Shown: positions 9,398-20,661 of the stretch, piece by piece
Position numbering within the stretch: the stretch's first letter is position 1
Layout of the letters: every line of letters begins with the position of its first letter
Source of the DNA: Acidimicrobiia bacterium
GTDB taxonomy: Bacteria; Actinomycetota; Acidimicrobiia; Spongiisociales; ZC4RG35
Length of the DNA: 64,000 bases
Reading direction: 5' to 3'
NCBI GenBank assembly: GCA_026002975.1
Contig: BPGJ01000005.1
Location: forward strand, 6,438-70,437
Notes under the pieces: model-generated
The model's input: only the letters and a program-made list of their open reading frames with translations
Told to the model about the DNA's origin: nothing
The model's database searches: none
Position numbers and translations under genes: made by a program

Positions 9398-10684
9398 GTG
9401 CGTTCCAGATTCGTCGTGACGATGGCGATCGTAGACGTCGCGCTGTTGGCGGCGGCCGTAGGGGTGGGGTCATGGTGGTTGTTCGGTACGCCTCTTCCCT
9501 GGGAGGCTCAACCGGTCGGTAGCCGGGTTCTGGCCTCTTTGTCTTTCATGGTCCTCTCTGCCGTGTTGATGTCATTCGTCACCGCGGTCCTCAACGGACC
9601 CTCTATCCCCCGACCTTCGTACGGACGGGCGGTCGCCATCGTCGGAGGGTCGTTCCTGCTCACTGCCGTCCTGATCCTGGCTTCCAGGGTCTACTTCTCC
9701 CGATCCTTGCTGGCCGTGTCGTTCGTTTCATGGGCGCTGGGAACCGTCCTTCATCGAGCCGTGAGGCGCGCGCTCAGGCCGTGGAGGGAACGCATCGCTG
9801 TGATCTCCCGGGAGAAGGAGCTAATCGACGACCTAGCCGATACCCCCCACGCCGAGGTGGTTGAAGTGATCGACCCCCAGTTCGACGGCGAGGTGACACC
9901 GTTGCCGACGGGAACAACGATCGCGGTGGACCTCAAGGCCGTCCTGTCGGGGAAGGTCGCCCAGTTCGTGTCATCCAGCGCGATGGCCGGGTATTCGGTG
10001 GTTCCGTTCACCAGGGTCTATGAAGAGCACACCGGTCGGGTAGCACTGGTTCATCTCGCAGAGGGTTGGGAGATTTCGGCTCCTCTCCTGGGGACGATGC
10101 CGTACCTTGGCGGAAAACGGCTCTTCGATCTCGTATTCACCATCGTGTTCCTGCCCCTATGGGCTCCCTTGGCTGTGGTGATCGCAGCCCTGGTAAAAGC
10201 TACCTCACCGGGGCCGGTCATCTTCCGACAGACGAGGGTGGGCAAAGATGGGCGGCCCTTCATCATGTACAAGTTCAGGACCATGCGCACCGACGCCGAA
10301 CGGTCCGGTCCGAAGTTCGCGTCCGACAGGGACCAGAGGTTGACCGCGATTGGCGGCTTCCTGCGCAGGTTCCATCTCGACGAGATCCCACAGTTGTGGA
10401 ACGTGTTGAAGGGCGACATGAGCCTCGTCGGCCCGCGAGCTGAGCAGCTTCCGTTCGTGGAGGAGTTCCGACGCATGATTCCTTTCTACGATCATCGACA
10501 CCTAGTTCGGCCGGGAATAACCGGATGGGCTCAGGTCAACCATGGCTATGCCGACGATCTCCTCGATACGATCGAGAAGCTCACCTACGATCTCTATTAC
10601 GTGAAGCACATGTCGCCCCTCCTCGATCTCAAGATCCTCTGGAGGAGCGTTTGGACGGTGCTCACTGCCGAAGGCTCCAGGTGA
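9398..10684 (+). CDS. polyprenyl-phosphate sugar-1-phosphate transferase (bacterial sugar transferase, WbaP/CpsE-like initiating enzyme)
   Basis: Four N-terminal transmembrane segments. C-terminal catalytic domain KRLFDLVFTIVFLPLWAP...IFRQTRVGKDGRPFIMYKFRTMRTDAE...DEIPQLWNVLKGDMSLVGPRA. Confidence 0.9.
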   Translation: MRSRFVVTMAIVDVALLAAAVGVGSWWLFGTPLPWEAQPVGSRVLASLSFMVLSAVLMSFVTAVLNGPSIPRPSYGRAVAIVGGSFLLTAVLILASRVYFSRSLLAVSFVSWALGTVLHRAVRRALRPWRERIAVISREKELIDDLADTPHAEVVEVIDPQFDGEVTPLPTGTTIAVDLKAVLSGKVAQFVSSSAMAGYSVVPFTRVYEEHTGRVALVHLAEGWEISAPLLGTMPYLGGKRLFDLVFTIVFLPLWAPLAVVIAALVKATSPGPVIFRQTRVGKDGRPFIMYKFRTMRTDAERSGPKFASDRDQRLTAIGGFLRRFHLDEIPQLWNVLKGDMSLVGPRAEQLPFVEEFRRMIPFYDHRHLVRPGITGWAQVNHGYADDLLDTIEKLTYDLYYVKHMSPLLDLKILWRSVWTVLTAEGSR

Positions 10685-10691
10685 GATCGAT

Positions 10692-11669
10692 CTATCTGGA
10701 CTGACCGAACAGGAACCCGAGTCCCCAGGCCAGATGCATCGCTCCCAGCGCGACCGGCGAGAGGAGACCAGCCCAGTCGTGCCGTCGAACGGCTTCCACC
10801 AGCCCGGTGAGTGCCAGAGCGGCGCCGTACCCGGCCGGTAGGAGGCCCGTCCAGACGACGCCGGCCGAGATTCCGACACCGGAGGCTGCCAGGGCGATCA
10901 CCAGGCAAGGTGCGGCGAGCTGCCGCCACCGCAGACTCCCGGGATGGAGACGCAACACCCGTCGCTTCCACGATCCATAGTCCCAGTACTGGCGCCACAG
11001 CTCCCGCAGCGAACCCCGAGGTCGGTAGTCCACGACGAGGCTCGGATCGAACCACACCCCGTAGCCCGCCGCCCGTAGCCGATAGTTCAACTCGTAGTCC
11101 TGGTTGCGTTTCAGGTCCGGGTCGAATCCCCCTACCTCCTCCAGGGCCGACCTGCGGAAAACCCCCAGATAGACGGTGTCCACCCAACCGGGTGGTCCAC
11201 CCAGCCGATACCGCGCGTCACCCACCCCCATCGGGGTCGACTGGGCGATGGCCACGGCCCGTTCGAAGAACGTCTCTCCGATCCCACGCTGGATACCTCC
11301 CACGTTTGCTGCGCCGGTGGTCTCGAGGAGATGCACCGCCCTGGACACGTAGCCGGGGGGCAACTTGGACTGGGCGTCGCAACGGACGATCACCTCGCCG
11401 CGGGCGGCTTCCAGAGCTCGGTTGAGGCCGTGGGGGGTGGAACCGTCCGGGTTGTCGACCACCCTCACCTCGAGGTCGCGAAGAGCCGCCCGGGTGGCGT
11501 GGTCCTCGGGTGGAACCGCCACCACCACTTCCAACTCTCCCGGGTAGTCCTGACCGAGCGCCGAGAGCACGGCCTCTCGGATGACCGAGGCCGCGTCTCG
11601 GGCCGGAACGATCACACTCACCGTGGGATACCCAGAAGCCATCCCGCTCCATCCAACCAGCCGGGTCAA
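10692..11669 (-). CDS. glycosyltransferase family 2 with C-terminal membrane anchor
   Basis: VSVIVPARDAASVIREAVLSALGQDYPGELEVVVAV...DNPDGSTPHGLNRALEAARGEVIVRCDAQ (GT2 nucleotide-binding fold). Hydrophobic C-terminus. The start may be the ATG at 11642. Confidence 0.8.
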   Translation of the reverse strand: MTRLVGWSGMASGYPTVSVIVPARDAASVIREAVLSALGQDYPGELEVVVAVPPEDHATRAALRDLEVRVVDNPDGSTPHGLNRALEAARGEVIVRCDAQSKLPPGYVSRAVHLLETTGAANVGGIQRGIGETFFERAVAIAQSTPMGVGDARYRLGGPPGWVDTVYLGVFRRSALEEVGGFDPDLKRNQDYELNYRLRAAGYGVWFDPSLVVDYRPRGSLRELWRQYWDYGSWKRRVLRLHPGSLRWRQLAAPCLVIALAASGVGISAGVVWTGLLPAGYGAALALTGLVEAVRRHDWAGLLSPVALGAMHLAWGLGFLFGQSR

Positions 11670-11699
11670 GGAAACCGATCAGCGACCCGATATCAGGGT

Positions 11700-13256
11700 A
11701 TGCCTCGCAAGTGGTGGGCGGCGATCCGGTCCGAGCGGATCGTGACCAAGTTCGTGGCGGTCGGGCTGGCGACGGTCGTCGCCCTGGCGGCTGTGGTGGC
11801 CGTGGGGTCGTGGCGATGGAGGGCCGAAGAGCACGCCGCGGCGTCGCGCTCTTTGATCGCCGACCTCTCCGGTGCCCTGGAGGTGGGTCTCGCGGAACTT
11901 CGTGCGGTTCGTGGTTTGTTCGACGCCTCCGAGGAGGTGACCTGGGCGGAGTTCGCCCGGTTCACCACCCTGGTCGGGGCCTCCCCGGGTATGGAGATGG
12001 TCGGGTTCGCTCGGTGGGTAGACGCCACGGAGCTGTCCGACTTCGAATCGGCGACGCGGGAAGAGCTCGACTGGTTTCGGTTAGGGGACCTGGGAACCGG
12101 ACCCCGCCATCTGATAGTGCTCTACGAGAACGACTTCACGATCAGGCCCCGGCTCGCCGGGTCCGATCTGCTGGCGGACCCTTCCCGGCGCGACTTCCTC
12201 GTGCAGCTTCCCGACGGGGGAGGCGTGCGGGTGCTCCCGGGTCTGAGGTTCGAGCTGTTCATGCCGGTTCGGTCCCAGCGAGGGGTGGTCTTTTCGATGA
12301 TCGACTTGTCCAGCCACGTGGAGATCCCGTCGGATGTGAGCCTCGAGATCGGTCTCCATGACTATTCGGCCCCCAGTCCATGGCTCTGGCAGGGTGAACT
12401 CGACGTTGGGGGCGGGTCGTGGCCGGTTTCCGTCCACCGGGCCGGACCGCCGAGTTGGCTCATAGCGCCCTTGTCGGTGCTGGCGGTCGGAACGATCTTG
12501 GCGCTCGGCTCGGCGGTGCTTGCGGGGTACAGGGCGGATGCACGTCGAAGGGGCGAAGAGGCGGAACGTCTCCGGCGAATCTCCCGGGAGAAGGATCTCT
12601 TCCTCGCCGCCGTCTCGCACGAGCTCCGGACTCCGCTGACGGCTGTGGTGGGGCTGCTGGCAGTCCTGAAGGACGGCTGGTCCGAGATGGCGCCCGAAGA
12701 GATCGAGGAGTACTTGGGCCTGTGCTCCGCAGAGGCCTCAGACCTGGCCGATCTGGTGGAGGATCTCCTCACCTTGGGTCGACTCGAGGCCGGGTCGCTC
12801 ACCTACCACCCCACCATCACCGACGTCGTCGCCGAAACCGAGAAGGTGGTGTCTCGGCTTGGAATCGAAGTCTCCGGCTTCGACCTGCGGGACGCCTGGA
12901 TCGACCCCATGCGTTTTCGCCAGATCGTGAGGAACCTGGCCGTCAACGCCGTCAAATACGGCGAGAAAGACCGGATCGTGGAGTTCTCCCAAGGGGACGG
13001 GGAACTGGTGGTCGCCGTTTGCAGTGACGGCCCACCGATCCCCCCCGACCGGGTGGAGAGCCTCTTCCAGCCCTATCAGGGGATGGCGGGCGACTTGGGC
13101 AAGCCTGGTTCCATAGGCCTCGGTCTGTACATCTCACGAAGGATGGCTCGCGAGATGGGCGGTGACCTCAGATACCGGCGGAGGGGCCGGTTCAACGTGT
13201 TCGAGGTGGTGCTGCCCGTGTCGCCTCGATCCGTGACCCTGGCTGGGAAACCGTGA
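11700..13256 (+). CDS. sensor histidine kinase (HisKA + HATPase_c) with large periplasmic sensor domain between two transmembrane helices
   Basis: H-box FLAAVSHELRTPLTAV, N-box NLAVNAVKYG, G-boxes DGPPIP and GSIGLGLYISRRMA. Start set at ATG 11700 (MPRKWW...). The upstream part of ORF 11331.. overlaps the divergent GT2 and was rejected. No response regulator is adjacent. Confidence 0.8.
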   Translation: MPRKWWAAIRSERIVTKFVAVGLATVVALAAVVAVGSWRWRAEEHAAASRSLIADLSGALEVGLAELRAVRGLFDASEEVTWAEFARFTTLVGASPGMEMVGFARWVDATELSDFESATREELDWFRLGDLGTGPRHLIVLYENDFTIRPRLAGSDLLADPSRRDFLVQLPDGGGVRVLPGLRFELFMPVRSQRGVVFSMIDLSSHVEIPSDVSLEIGLHDYSAPSPWLWQGELDVGGGSWPVSVHRAGPPSWLIAPLSVLAVGTILALGSAVLAGYRADARRRGEEAERLRRISREKDLFLAAVSHELRTPLTAVVGLLAVLKDGWSEMAPEEIEEYLGLCSAEASDLADLVEDLLTLGRLEAGSLTYHPTITDVVAETEKVVSRLGIEVSGFDLRDAWIDPMRFRQIVRNLAVNAVKYGEKDRIVEFSQGDGELVVAVCSDGPPIPPDRVESLFQPYQGMAGDLGKPGSIGLGLYISRRMAREMGGDLRYRRRGRFNVFEVVLPVSPRSVTLAGKP

Positions 13257-14539
13257 AGCTCCGCGCCACACTTGTCCACCGCACCGTGTTGGACCCCACC
13301 CAGGAGACCGTACCCCGCGGGTTCCGCGCCCCCGGCACCGCCTTCATGATCATCGGCGGGATCCTCGGGGCGTTCGGGGCCTATCTCTTTCAGGTGATCG
13401 GAGGTCGAGCTCTCGGCCCGGTCGAGTTCGCTCCGATCGGGGTGCTCTGGACCGTTCTGTTCATCGGGATCACCGTGGTGTTGGTTCCGTTGGAGCAGTA
13501 CGTGACCCGGGAAGCCAGCCGGGGCAGGCAGGTGCTCGAAGCCGACCGGCGGGTCCTGGTGGTAGTCGGTCTATCGTCGGCGGTGGCCGGTTGGCTGTTC
13601 GCCTGGTCGACCCGTGACAGCCTCTTCGATGGCAGAGGCGTGTACGCGGTGGTCTTGGGCGCTGCGCTGGTGGGCTACACCGTGTTCGTAGCGGCGAAGG
13701 GGATCCTCGCGGGTCACCGTCGCTTCAGGGAGGTGGGTTGGGTGCTCGTCGGAGAGGCGGCGCTCCGCCTCGGTGTCGCTGTCGCCGTCCTCGCGGTGGC
13801 TCGGTCGGCCCCGGCGCTGGCCTGGTCGCTCGCGGCTGCTCCACTCGCCTGTCTCCTCCTGGGTTTCTGGCGGCACGATCGACCGGTGAGGGAAGTCGCA
13901 GCCACCAGCCCGGCCGGTTTCCTCGGTGCGTACGTACTGGGCAGCGCCGCCTCCCAGATCCTGCTGGCGGGGGCACCTCTGGGGGTGGCGCTACTCGGTG
14001 GCTCTCCGGAGCTGATCAGCGTCACGTTCGTCACCTTCACCCTCTACCGCGGGCCGCTCACCCTCATCTACGCCCTACAGGGTCGGATCCTTCCCTTCCT
14101 GGTTCGGATGGCCGAGAACGATGGGGCCGGGCTTCGTCGTCTCGCCGTTTGGGTGCTGGGCGGGGGGGCGGTTCTCCTCGTCGTCGGTGCGGGGGTCGGC
14201 TGGCTGGTCGGACCTCAGGTGGTGTCTCTCCTCTACGGGGAAGCGTTCACCCCCACCAGAACGGTGGCCGCCCTGGCCGCCGGCGGGGTGGTGGCGGCTT
14301 CCACCACTCAGGTTGCCGGGCAGGTCCTGGTCGCTCGGGGCCGTACCGGATTCCTGGCGGGCGCATGGGTGGTCGGGCTGGTCGCCGGCCTGGTGACGAT
14401 GTTCGCATCTCCGGGGGAACCCGCTCTGGTGGTCGGTGTGGCGTTCCTGGTCGGAGAGCTGGCTGCTCTCCTCACGTTGGGTGCCCTCACCGTGGGCAGA
14501 GCTGGGACCGCAGCCACTCCAGGTACCGGCGCCGAATAG
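13253..14539 (+). CDS. polytopic membrane protein, probable Wzx/MOP-superfamily polysaccharide flippase
   Basis: 428 aa with about 12 predicted transmembrane segments and no soluble domain. Start overlaps the kinase stop (ATGA 13253-13256). Its position in the glycan cluster supports the call; the family assignment is from hydropathy and context only. Confidence 0.55.
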   Translation: MKLRATLVHRTVLDPTQETVPRGFRAPGTAFMIIGGILGAFGAYLFQVIGGRALGPVEFAPIGVLWTVLFIGITVVLVPLEQYVTREASRGRQVLEADRRVLVVVGLSSAVAGWLFAWSTRDSLFDGRGVYAVVLGAALVGYTVFVAAKGILAGHRRFREVGWVLVGEAALRLGVAVAVLAVARSAPALAWSLAAAPLACLLLGFWRHDRPVREVAATSPAGFLGAYVLGSAASQILLAGAPLGVALLGGSPELISVTFVTFTLYRGPLTLIYALQGRILPFLVRMAENDGAGLRRLAVWVLGGGAVLLVVGAGVGWLVGPQVVSLLYGEAFTPTRTVAALAAGGVVAASTTQVAGQVLVARGRTGFLAGAWVVGLVAGLVTMFASPGEPALVVGVAFLVGELAALLTLGALTVGRAGTAATPGTGAE

Positions 14540-14900
14540 CCGGACTGAGACGGGTCAGTGTGCCGCGGGGGAGAGGCGGAAGGCCGGAGGGCACCCACAC
14601 CACCCGGCCGACTACGTGGGCTACCCGCTCTTCCAGCAGCACGTCCAGCCACCGCGGGAGTCGAAGGGGTTTCCGTCGGTGGGCGGCCGAGATCAGGCGC
14701 ATCAGATCCTCGACGGGCCCCGGCCCCACCGCGGCCACCCAGAAGCGTCTGAGCTGATGCGGATCGAGCCCCAGGTCGTCGATCGGGTACGGCCAGGCTC
14801 TCACCATCGGCCGCCCGGAGAGGTAGGCGACGTGGGCTCCCGCCCCCGATGCGGCGTGCGGACGGACGGGAGGAGTGGGGACGGGAGCCAACGTCGACAT
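14487..14900 (-). CDS. hypothetical protein (137 aa), immediately downstream of the class-A PBP
   Basis: ORF with a GGGAG ribosome-binding site 3 nt before the ATG and an AT-rich sigma70-like element upstream. No recognisable domain. Coding potential is plausible but unproven. Confidence 0.3.
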   Translation of the reverse strand: MSTLAPVPTPPVRPHAASGAGAHVAYLSGRPMVRAWPYPIDDLGLDPHQLRRFWVAAVGPGPVEDLMRLISAAHRRKPLRLPRWLDVLLEERVAHVVGRVVWVPSGLPPLPRGTLTRLSPAIRRRYLEWLRSQLCPR

Positions 14901-14908
14901 GGCTCCCG

Positions 14909-14937
14909 ATATACAACAGATCGTAGATCAACGTCAA
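14909..14937 (-). promoter_or_regulatory. sigma70-like promoter candidate (TTGACG, 17-nt spacer, GTATAT) for the small ORF after the PBP
   Basis: Minus-strand sequence ttgacg ttgatctacgatctgtt gtatat cgggagcc ATG. This AT-rich island sits in a roughly 70% GC context, directly after the PBP stop (14951). Confidence 0.3.
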
Positions 14938-14950
14938 GTGTCGTGATCGG

Positions 14951-17494
14951 TCAGCCCGAGACGTAGAGGGTCACCAGCTTTCCGTAGGTCAGGGTCTCCC
15001 CGGGCGCCGGGAAGCTGTCGACCACGGTTCCCTTGGGAGTTCCCGGGGCCTTCACGTCTTGGCGCTGCACGGTCACCCGGAGGCCGATGTCCTCCTCGAG
15101 CTGCCGGAACACCTCCAGGGCCTGCTCGAAAGTCGACCCGATCACGTTGGGCATCGGCGCCGAGGGGGGTGTGCCGGACGAGACCTCGATGGTGATGGTG
15201 CTTCCCTGTCTGACCGACGCGCCCGGCTCGGCGCTCTGGGACACCACGATCCCCTCCGGTTCGGGGGAGGCGACTTCTACCACCTCCACGTTGAGCTTCG
15301 CCGCCAGGATCGTGCGGCTCGCCTCTTCGACGTCCAGTCCCACCACCCAGGGAACGGTGACCGTCGGGGTGCGGAAGTACTGGGCCAGCTCCGAGTCGGG
15401 GAAGTCGGGGAAGTCCTCGGGGGGCACGTCCTGGAGGAACCAGCTCATGAACTCCGCCCAGATCGGCGCCGGCACCGACCCGCCGAACACCCGGCTGTAG
15501 TGCTCACCGTGGATGGTCACGTTGCGTAGAGGAACCTGCTGGGCTTCGAAGCCGGTCCACACCGCGGTGGTGTACTGGGGAACGAACCCCACGAACCACG
15601 CGTCCCGGAACTCCTGGTGGGTACCGGTCTTTCCGCCTTGGGGTCTTCCGATGTTGGCCCGGGGAGCCGTCCCCGCCCCGGTCGGAACCCGGGTGAGGGG
15701 GCGCCGGGCCGCGGCGAACAGCCTGGGATCGCCCACCTGCTCGTACTCGGGGCGATGCTCGTAGATCAGCTCTCCGTCGGGTCCGTAGATCCGGGCGATG
15801 ACGTAGGGCTCTGCCCACCGTCCGTTGGTGGCGAAGTTGGAGAACGCCGAGGCCATCTCGAGCGGGCTGACCGCCGACGCGCCCAGGACGATCGACGGCA
15901 CCGGCTCCAAAACGGCGTTACGGATCCCCATCCGGCGAGCCGTCTCTACGATCTTCTCGGGTCCCACTTCCAGGGCAACCTGGGCGTAGACCGTGTTGAC
16001 CGAGGCGGTGGTCGCCTGTTCCAACGAGATGATCCCGTAGCCGGCTCCGGCGTTCGACACCTCCCAGATGTTCCCCTGTTCCGAGCAGACGTAGGGGCAC
16101 TCGAGCCGCTGGGGTGAGGCCCCGTTGTAGTAGGTGCCGAGCGTGATCCCCTGCTCGAGGGCGGCGACCAGGGCGATCGGCTTGAAAGCCGACCCGGGAT
16201 TCCGGCGCCCTTGGACAACCAGGTCGAACTGCTCGAAGTCGAACGGCAGCCCCGAGGCCATCACCACCACGGCCCCGGTGGCGTTGTCGATGGTGACTAT
16301 CGCGCCGGTTGGAGAGCACGACTTGGTCTCGGCGTACGCTGCGAGGAACTCCTCGGAGTCGTTGGGGAAGAGGCGTTTGCAGGCCTCGAGGTTCTCCTCG
16401 TAGGGAAGGAGGGGGAACCACTCTTCGAGGATCCTGTTGGCTTCGAGCTGGGCCTCCAGGTCGATGGTGGTCTCGATCCTCAAGCCACCCCCGCCTCGGC
16501 ACTCGGCATCGTCGGCGGGGCAGCCGAAGACCGCCTTCTTCCGCTCCTCCCGGGTGGTTCCCAGGAAATCCCATGTACGGTCGGTCATGTCGAGGAGCTG
16601 TCGGGTCACCTCGGCCACCACGTGGTCGGCCGGGCCCTTGAAGGGTCGCCTGTCGAGGACCTCCACGGGACGGGCCTTGGCCGCCCGGGCCTGGGCCTCG
16701 GTGATCCACCCGTTCTCCACCATCTGATCCAGAACGGTGTCACGCCGGGCCTGCACGTCGCCCGGACGTTTGCGGGGGTTGTAGAGGGTGGGGTTGCGGA
16801 TCAGGACCGCCAAGGTGGCGGCCTCGTCTACGGTCAGCTCGTCGAGGTCCTTGTCGTAGTACTCCTGGGCGGCGGCGGCGATGCCGTAGGCGTTCGACCC
16901 GAAGAACACCGTGTTCAGGTAGTACTCGAGGATCTCCTCCTTGCTGTAGCGGCGCTCCAACTCGGCCGAGACGAAGGCCTCTGCGATCTTTCTACGGATC
17001 GAGAACTCGTCCCCCACGAACACGTTCTTGACCACCTGCTGGGTTATGGTCGACCCACCCCGGACGTTGCCTCGCAGCGCCGCGTCGAGCGCTGCCGAGG
17101 CGATCGCCCGGAAGTCGACGCCCTCGTGCTCGAAGAAGTCCTCGTCTTCGGCCGCGAGCACGGCGTGGACCACCACCTCGGGGATCTCCTCGTATGGGAC
17201 CGGCTCCGATATGCGGCCGTCGTGGAGGATGGCGAGGAGGGCTCCGTCGGCGGAGTACACCTTGGAGGTGCGGGTGACGTCCGGCAGGTCGAGGGCCATC
17301 GAGTCGACGTCGGGCACGTAGTCGGCTGTCACCCGTTCGAAGGTGGCGTACGCCGCGTTCGTGGTCAGGAAGGAGAACAGGCCGAACCAGGCCGATCCGA
17401 CCACCGCCGCGACCAACAGCCCCGCCAGGGCGGGGAACCAACGCCCGCGCCTCTCACGGGCTTCGATCTGGTGGATGAGGCCGTTGCGAGCCAT
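14951..17494 (-). CDS. class A penicillin-binding protein (transglycosylase + transpeptidase) with two C-terminal PASTA domains
   Basis: GT51 motifs [19 protein letters not shown] and [12 protein letters not shown]. Transpeptidase SxxK ([10 protein letters not shown]). Two PASTA repeats at the C-terminus ([12 protein letters not shown]... and [16 protein letters not shown]...). Single N-terminal transmembrane anchor; 847 aa. Confidence 0.95.
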   Translation of the reverse strand: MARNGLIHQIEARERRGRWFPALAGLLVAAVVGSAWFGLFSFLTTNAAYATFERVTADYVPDVDSMALDLPDVTRTSKVYSADGALLAILHDGRISEPVPYEEIPEVVVHAVLAAEDEDFFEHEGVDFRAIASAALDAALRGNVRGGSTITQQVVKNVFVGDEFSIRRKIAEAFVSAELERRYSKEEILEYYLNTVFFGSNAYGIAAAAQEYYDKDLDELTVDEAATLAVLIRNPTLYNPRKRPGDVQARRDTVLDQMVENGWITEAQARAAKARPVEVLDRRPFKGPADHVVAEVTRQLLDMTDRTWDFLGTTREERKKAVFGCPADDAECRGGGGLRIETTIDLEAQLEANRILEEWFPLLPYEENLEACKRLFPNDSEEFLAAYAETKSCSPTGAIVTIDNATGAVVVMASGLPFDFEQFDLVVQGRRNPGSAFKPIALVAALEQGITLGTYYNGASPQRLECPYVCSEQGNIWEVSNAGAGYGIISLEQATTASVNTVYAQVALEVGPEKIVETARRMGIRNAVLEPVPSIVLGASAVSPLEMASAFSNFATNGRWAEPYVIARIYGPDGELIYEHRPEYEQVGDPRLFAAARRPLTRVPTGAGTAPRANIGRPQGGKTGTHQEFRDAWFVGFVPQYTTAVWTGFEAQQVPLRNVTIHGEHYSRVFGGSVPAPIWAEFMSWFLQDVPPEDFPDFPDSELAQYFRTPTVTVPWVVGLDVEEASRTILAAKLNVEVVEVASPEPEGIVVSQSAEPGASVRQGSTITIEVSSGTPPSAPMPNVIGSTFEQALEVFRQLEEDIGLRVTVQRQDVKAPGTPKGTVVDSFPAPGETLTYGKLVTLYVSG

Positions 17495-17560
17495 GGAATC
17501 CTCCGGCGGCAGCCGGTTACGATGCCCACAGGTTATCGGCTCCCCGGGGTAAGACGAGTC

Positions 17561-19120
<1,560 letters not shown>

Positions 19121-19138
19121 CCCGTAACCTGGAGGTCG

Positions 19139-20509
19139 ATGGACACCGACGATCGCCGCCGTGTGAGGTTCGCCGTCCTGGGAGGTGGGCCGGCCGGAAC
19201 CGCCTGTGCCACCACCGCGGCGGCGCTGGGAGCCCAGGTGACCCTGGTCGAGAAGTCGATCGTGGGAGGGGCTGCCCATCTGTGGGACTGCATCCCCTCC
19301 AAGACCATGACCGCCACAGCCGTCCGGATCGACTCCATCAGGAACGCATCCAAACTCGGGTTGGTGGCGGAGCCCGGCCGAGTCGACCCCAAGACCCTGG
19401 CCGAACGGATAAAGACCATCTCCGCCGACATCACGGCCAACTGGGTGGATCTGCTGGAGTCCCAGGGAGTGGAGATCCTCCGGGGCGCCGGTCGGTTCAC
19501 CTCTCCCAACGAACTCACGGTCGACACCGAAGGAGGGGAGCGGACGGTGCCGTTCGACGTCGCGTTGGTCTCGACGGGTTCGAGCCCCCGGATCCCCGAC
19601 TGGGCCGAGGTCGACGGCGAGCGGATCCTGACCACCCGGGACGCATACGACCTCCCCGAGATTCCCGAACACGTGGTGGTGGTGGGTTCGGGAGTGACCG
19701 GCGTCGAGTTCGTACACATCTTCGAATCGCTGGGCTCCCAGGTGACGTTGGTGGTCAGCCGCCAGCAGGTGTTGCCCTCCCGGGATCCGGAGGTGGCCGC
19801 CGTGTTGGAGGAAGACTTCCTCGAGCGGGGGGTGCGCCTGGTGATCGGCGCTAGGGCGGTGAAGGCCACCCGAACCGACGACGGGGTCGAAGTGGTCTGC
19901 GACGACGGGCGGGTCGTCCGAGGGTCTCACCTCCTCTTGGCGATCGGGTCGGTGCCCCTCACAGCGGGGATAGGGCTCGAAATAGCCGGTGTGGAGACCG
20001 ATCGAATGGGTTTCGTAGTGGTCGACGAGTTCCAGCGGACCGCCGTCCCCCACATCTACGCGGCGGGGGACTGCACCGGGCAGATGCTCCTCTCGTCGGT
20101 GGCGGCCGCCCAGGGCCGCAAGATCGCCCGTCACGCCCTCGGCCTGCCGGTCAAGCCCATCGACTACTCCAAGGTCACCCATGCCGTGTTCACCCAGCCC
20201 GAGATCGCCACGGTTGGTCTGGAGGAGGTCGACGCCGCCGCCCAGGGCAGGAAGGTGCGCACCACCAAGGTGCCCTTCGCCGCCAACCCCCGCTCCGTCC
20301 TCCAGGGCTACACCCGCGGGTTCGTAAAGCTGGTGTCCGACCCGGCCACCGGGATCGTGCTGGGTGGCACGATCGTCGGTCACAGGGCATCTGAGCTCAT
20401 CGGCATCCTCGCTCTGGCGGTGCAGGCCCGGGTAACGGTCTCCGAGCTGGTGGAGACCCTGATGGTCCACCCTTCCCTCGCCGAGAGCATCACCGACGCC
20501 GCGGAGTGA
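19139..20509 (+). CDS. flavoprotein disulfide reductase family, LpdA-like NAD(P)H oxidoreductase lacking the CxxxxC redox disulfide
   Basis: FAD-binding VLGGGPAGTACATTAAALGAQVTLVEK and NAD-binding VVVGSGVTGVEF. The usual GGTCLNVGCIPSK motif is replaced by GGAAHLWDCIPSK (single Cys). This is the pattern of mycobacterial LpdA-type quinone reductases rather than true dihydrolipoamide dehydrogenase. Confidence 0.8.
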   Translation: MDTDDRRRVRFAVLGGGPAGTACATTAAALGAQVTLVEKSIVGGAAHLWDCIPSKTMTATAVRIDSIRNASKLGLVAEPGRVDPKTLAERIKTISADITANWVDLLESQGVEILRGAGRFTSPNELTVDTEGGERTVPFDVALVSTGSSPRIPDWAEVDGERILTTRDAYDLPEIPEHVVVVGSGVTGVEFVHIFESLGSQVTLVVSRQQVLPSRDPEVAAVLEEDFLERGVRLVIGARAVKATRTDDGVEVVCDDGRVVRGSHLLLAIGSVPLTAGIGLEIAGVETDRMGFVVVDEFQRTAVPHIYAAGDCTGQMLLSSVAAAQGRKIARHALGLPVKPIDYSKVTHAVFTQPEIATVGLEEVDAAAQGRKVRTTKVPFAANPRSVLQGYTRGFVKLVSDPATGIVLGGTIVGHRASELIGILALAVQARVTVSELVETLMVHPSLAESITDAAE

Positions 20510-20510
20510 C

Positions 20511-20603
20511 ATGCCGACCCGTCATCTCCTGATCGCATCGGCCATCACCGCCTTCGTCATCCTGGCGGCGGGCCTGGTGTGGTTCCTCATCGCCCTCAAC
20601 TGA
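20511..20603 (+). CDS. possible 30-aa single-transmembrane micro-protein
   Basis: ATG 2 nt after the lpdA-like stop. Translation MPTRHLLIASAITAFVILAAGLVWFLIALN. Only small size and hydrophobicity support it. Confidence 0.2.
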   Translation: MPTRHLLIASAITAFVILAAGLVWFLIALN

Positions 20604-20625
20604 TCGTCGAACAACGTCGCAGTCC

Positions 20626-20654
20626 TTTACAGGGCGCCGCCCATCCGCTACTAT
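20626..20654 (+). promoter_or_regulatory. sigma70-like promoter (TTTACA-17-TACTAT) giving a leaderless or near-leaderless transcript of the DUF222/HNH gene
   Basis: -35 TTTACA at 20626-20631, a 17-nt spacer, -10 TACTAT at 20649-20654, ATG at 20662. Confidence 0.35.
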
Positions 20655-20661
20655 CGAACAC

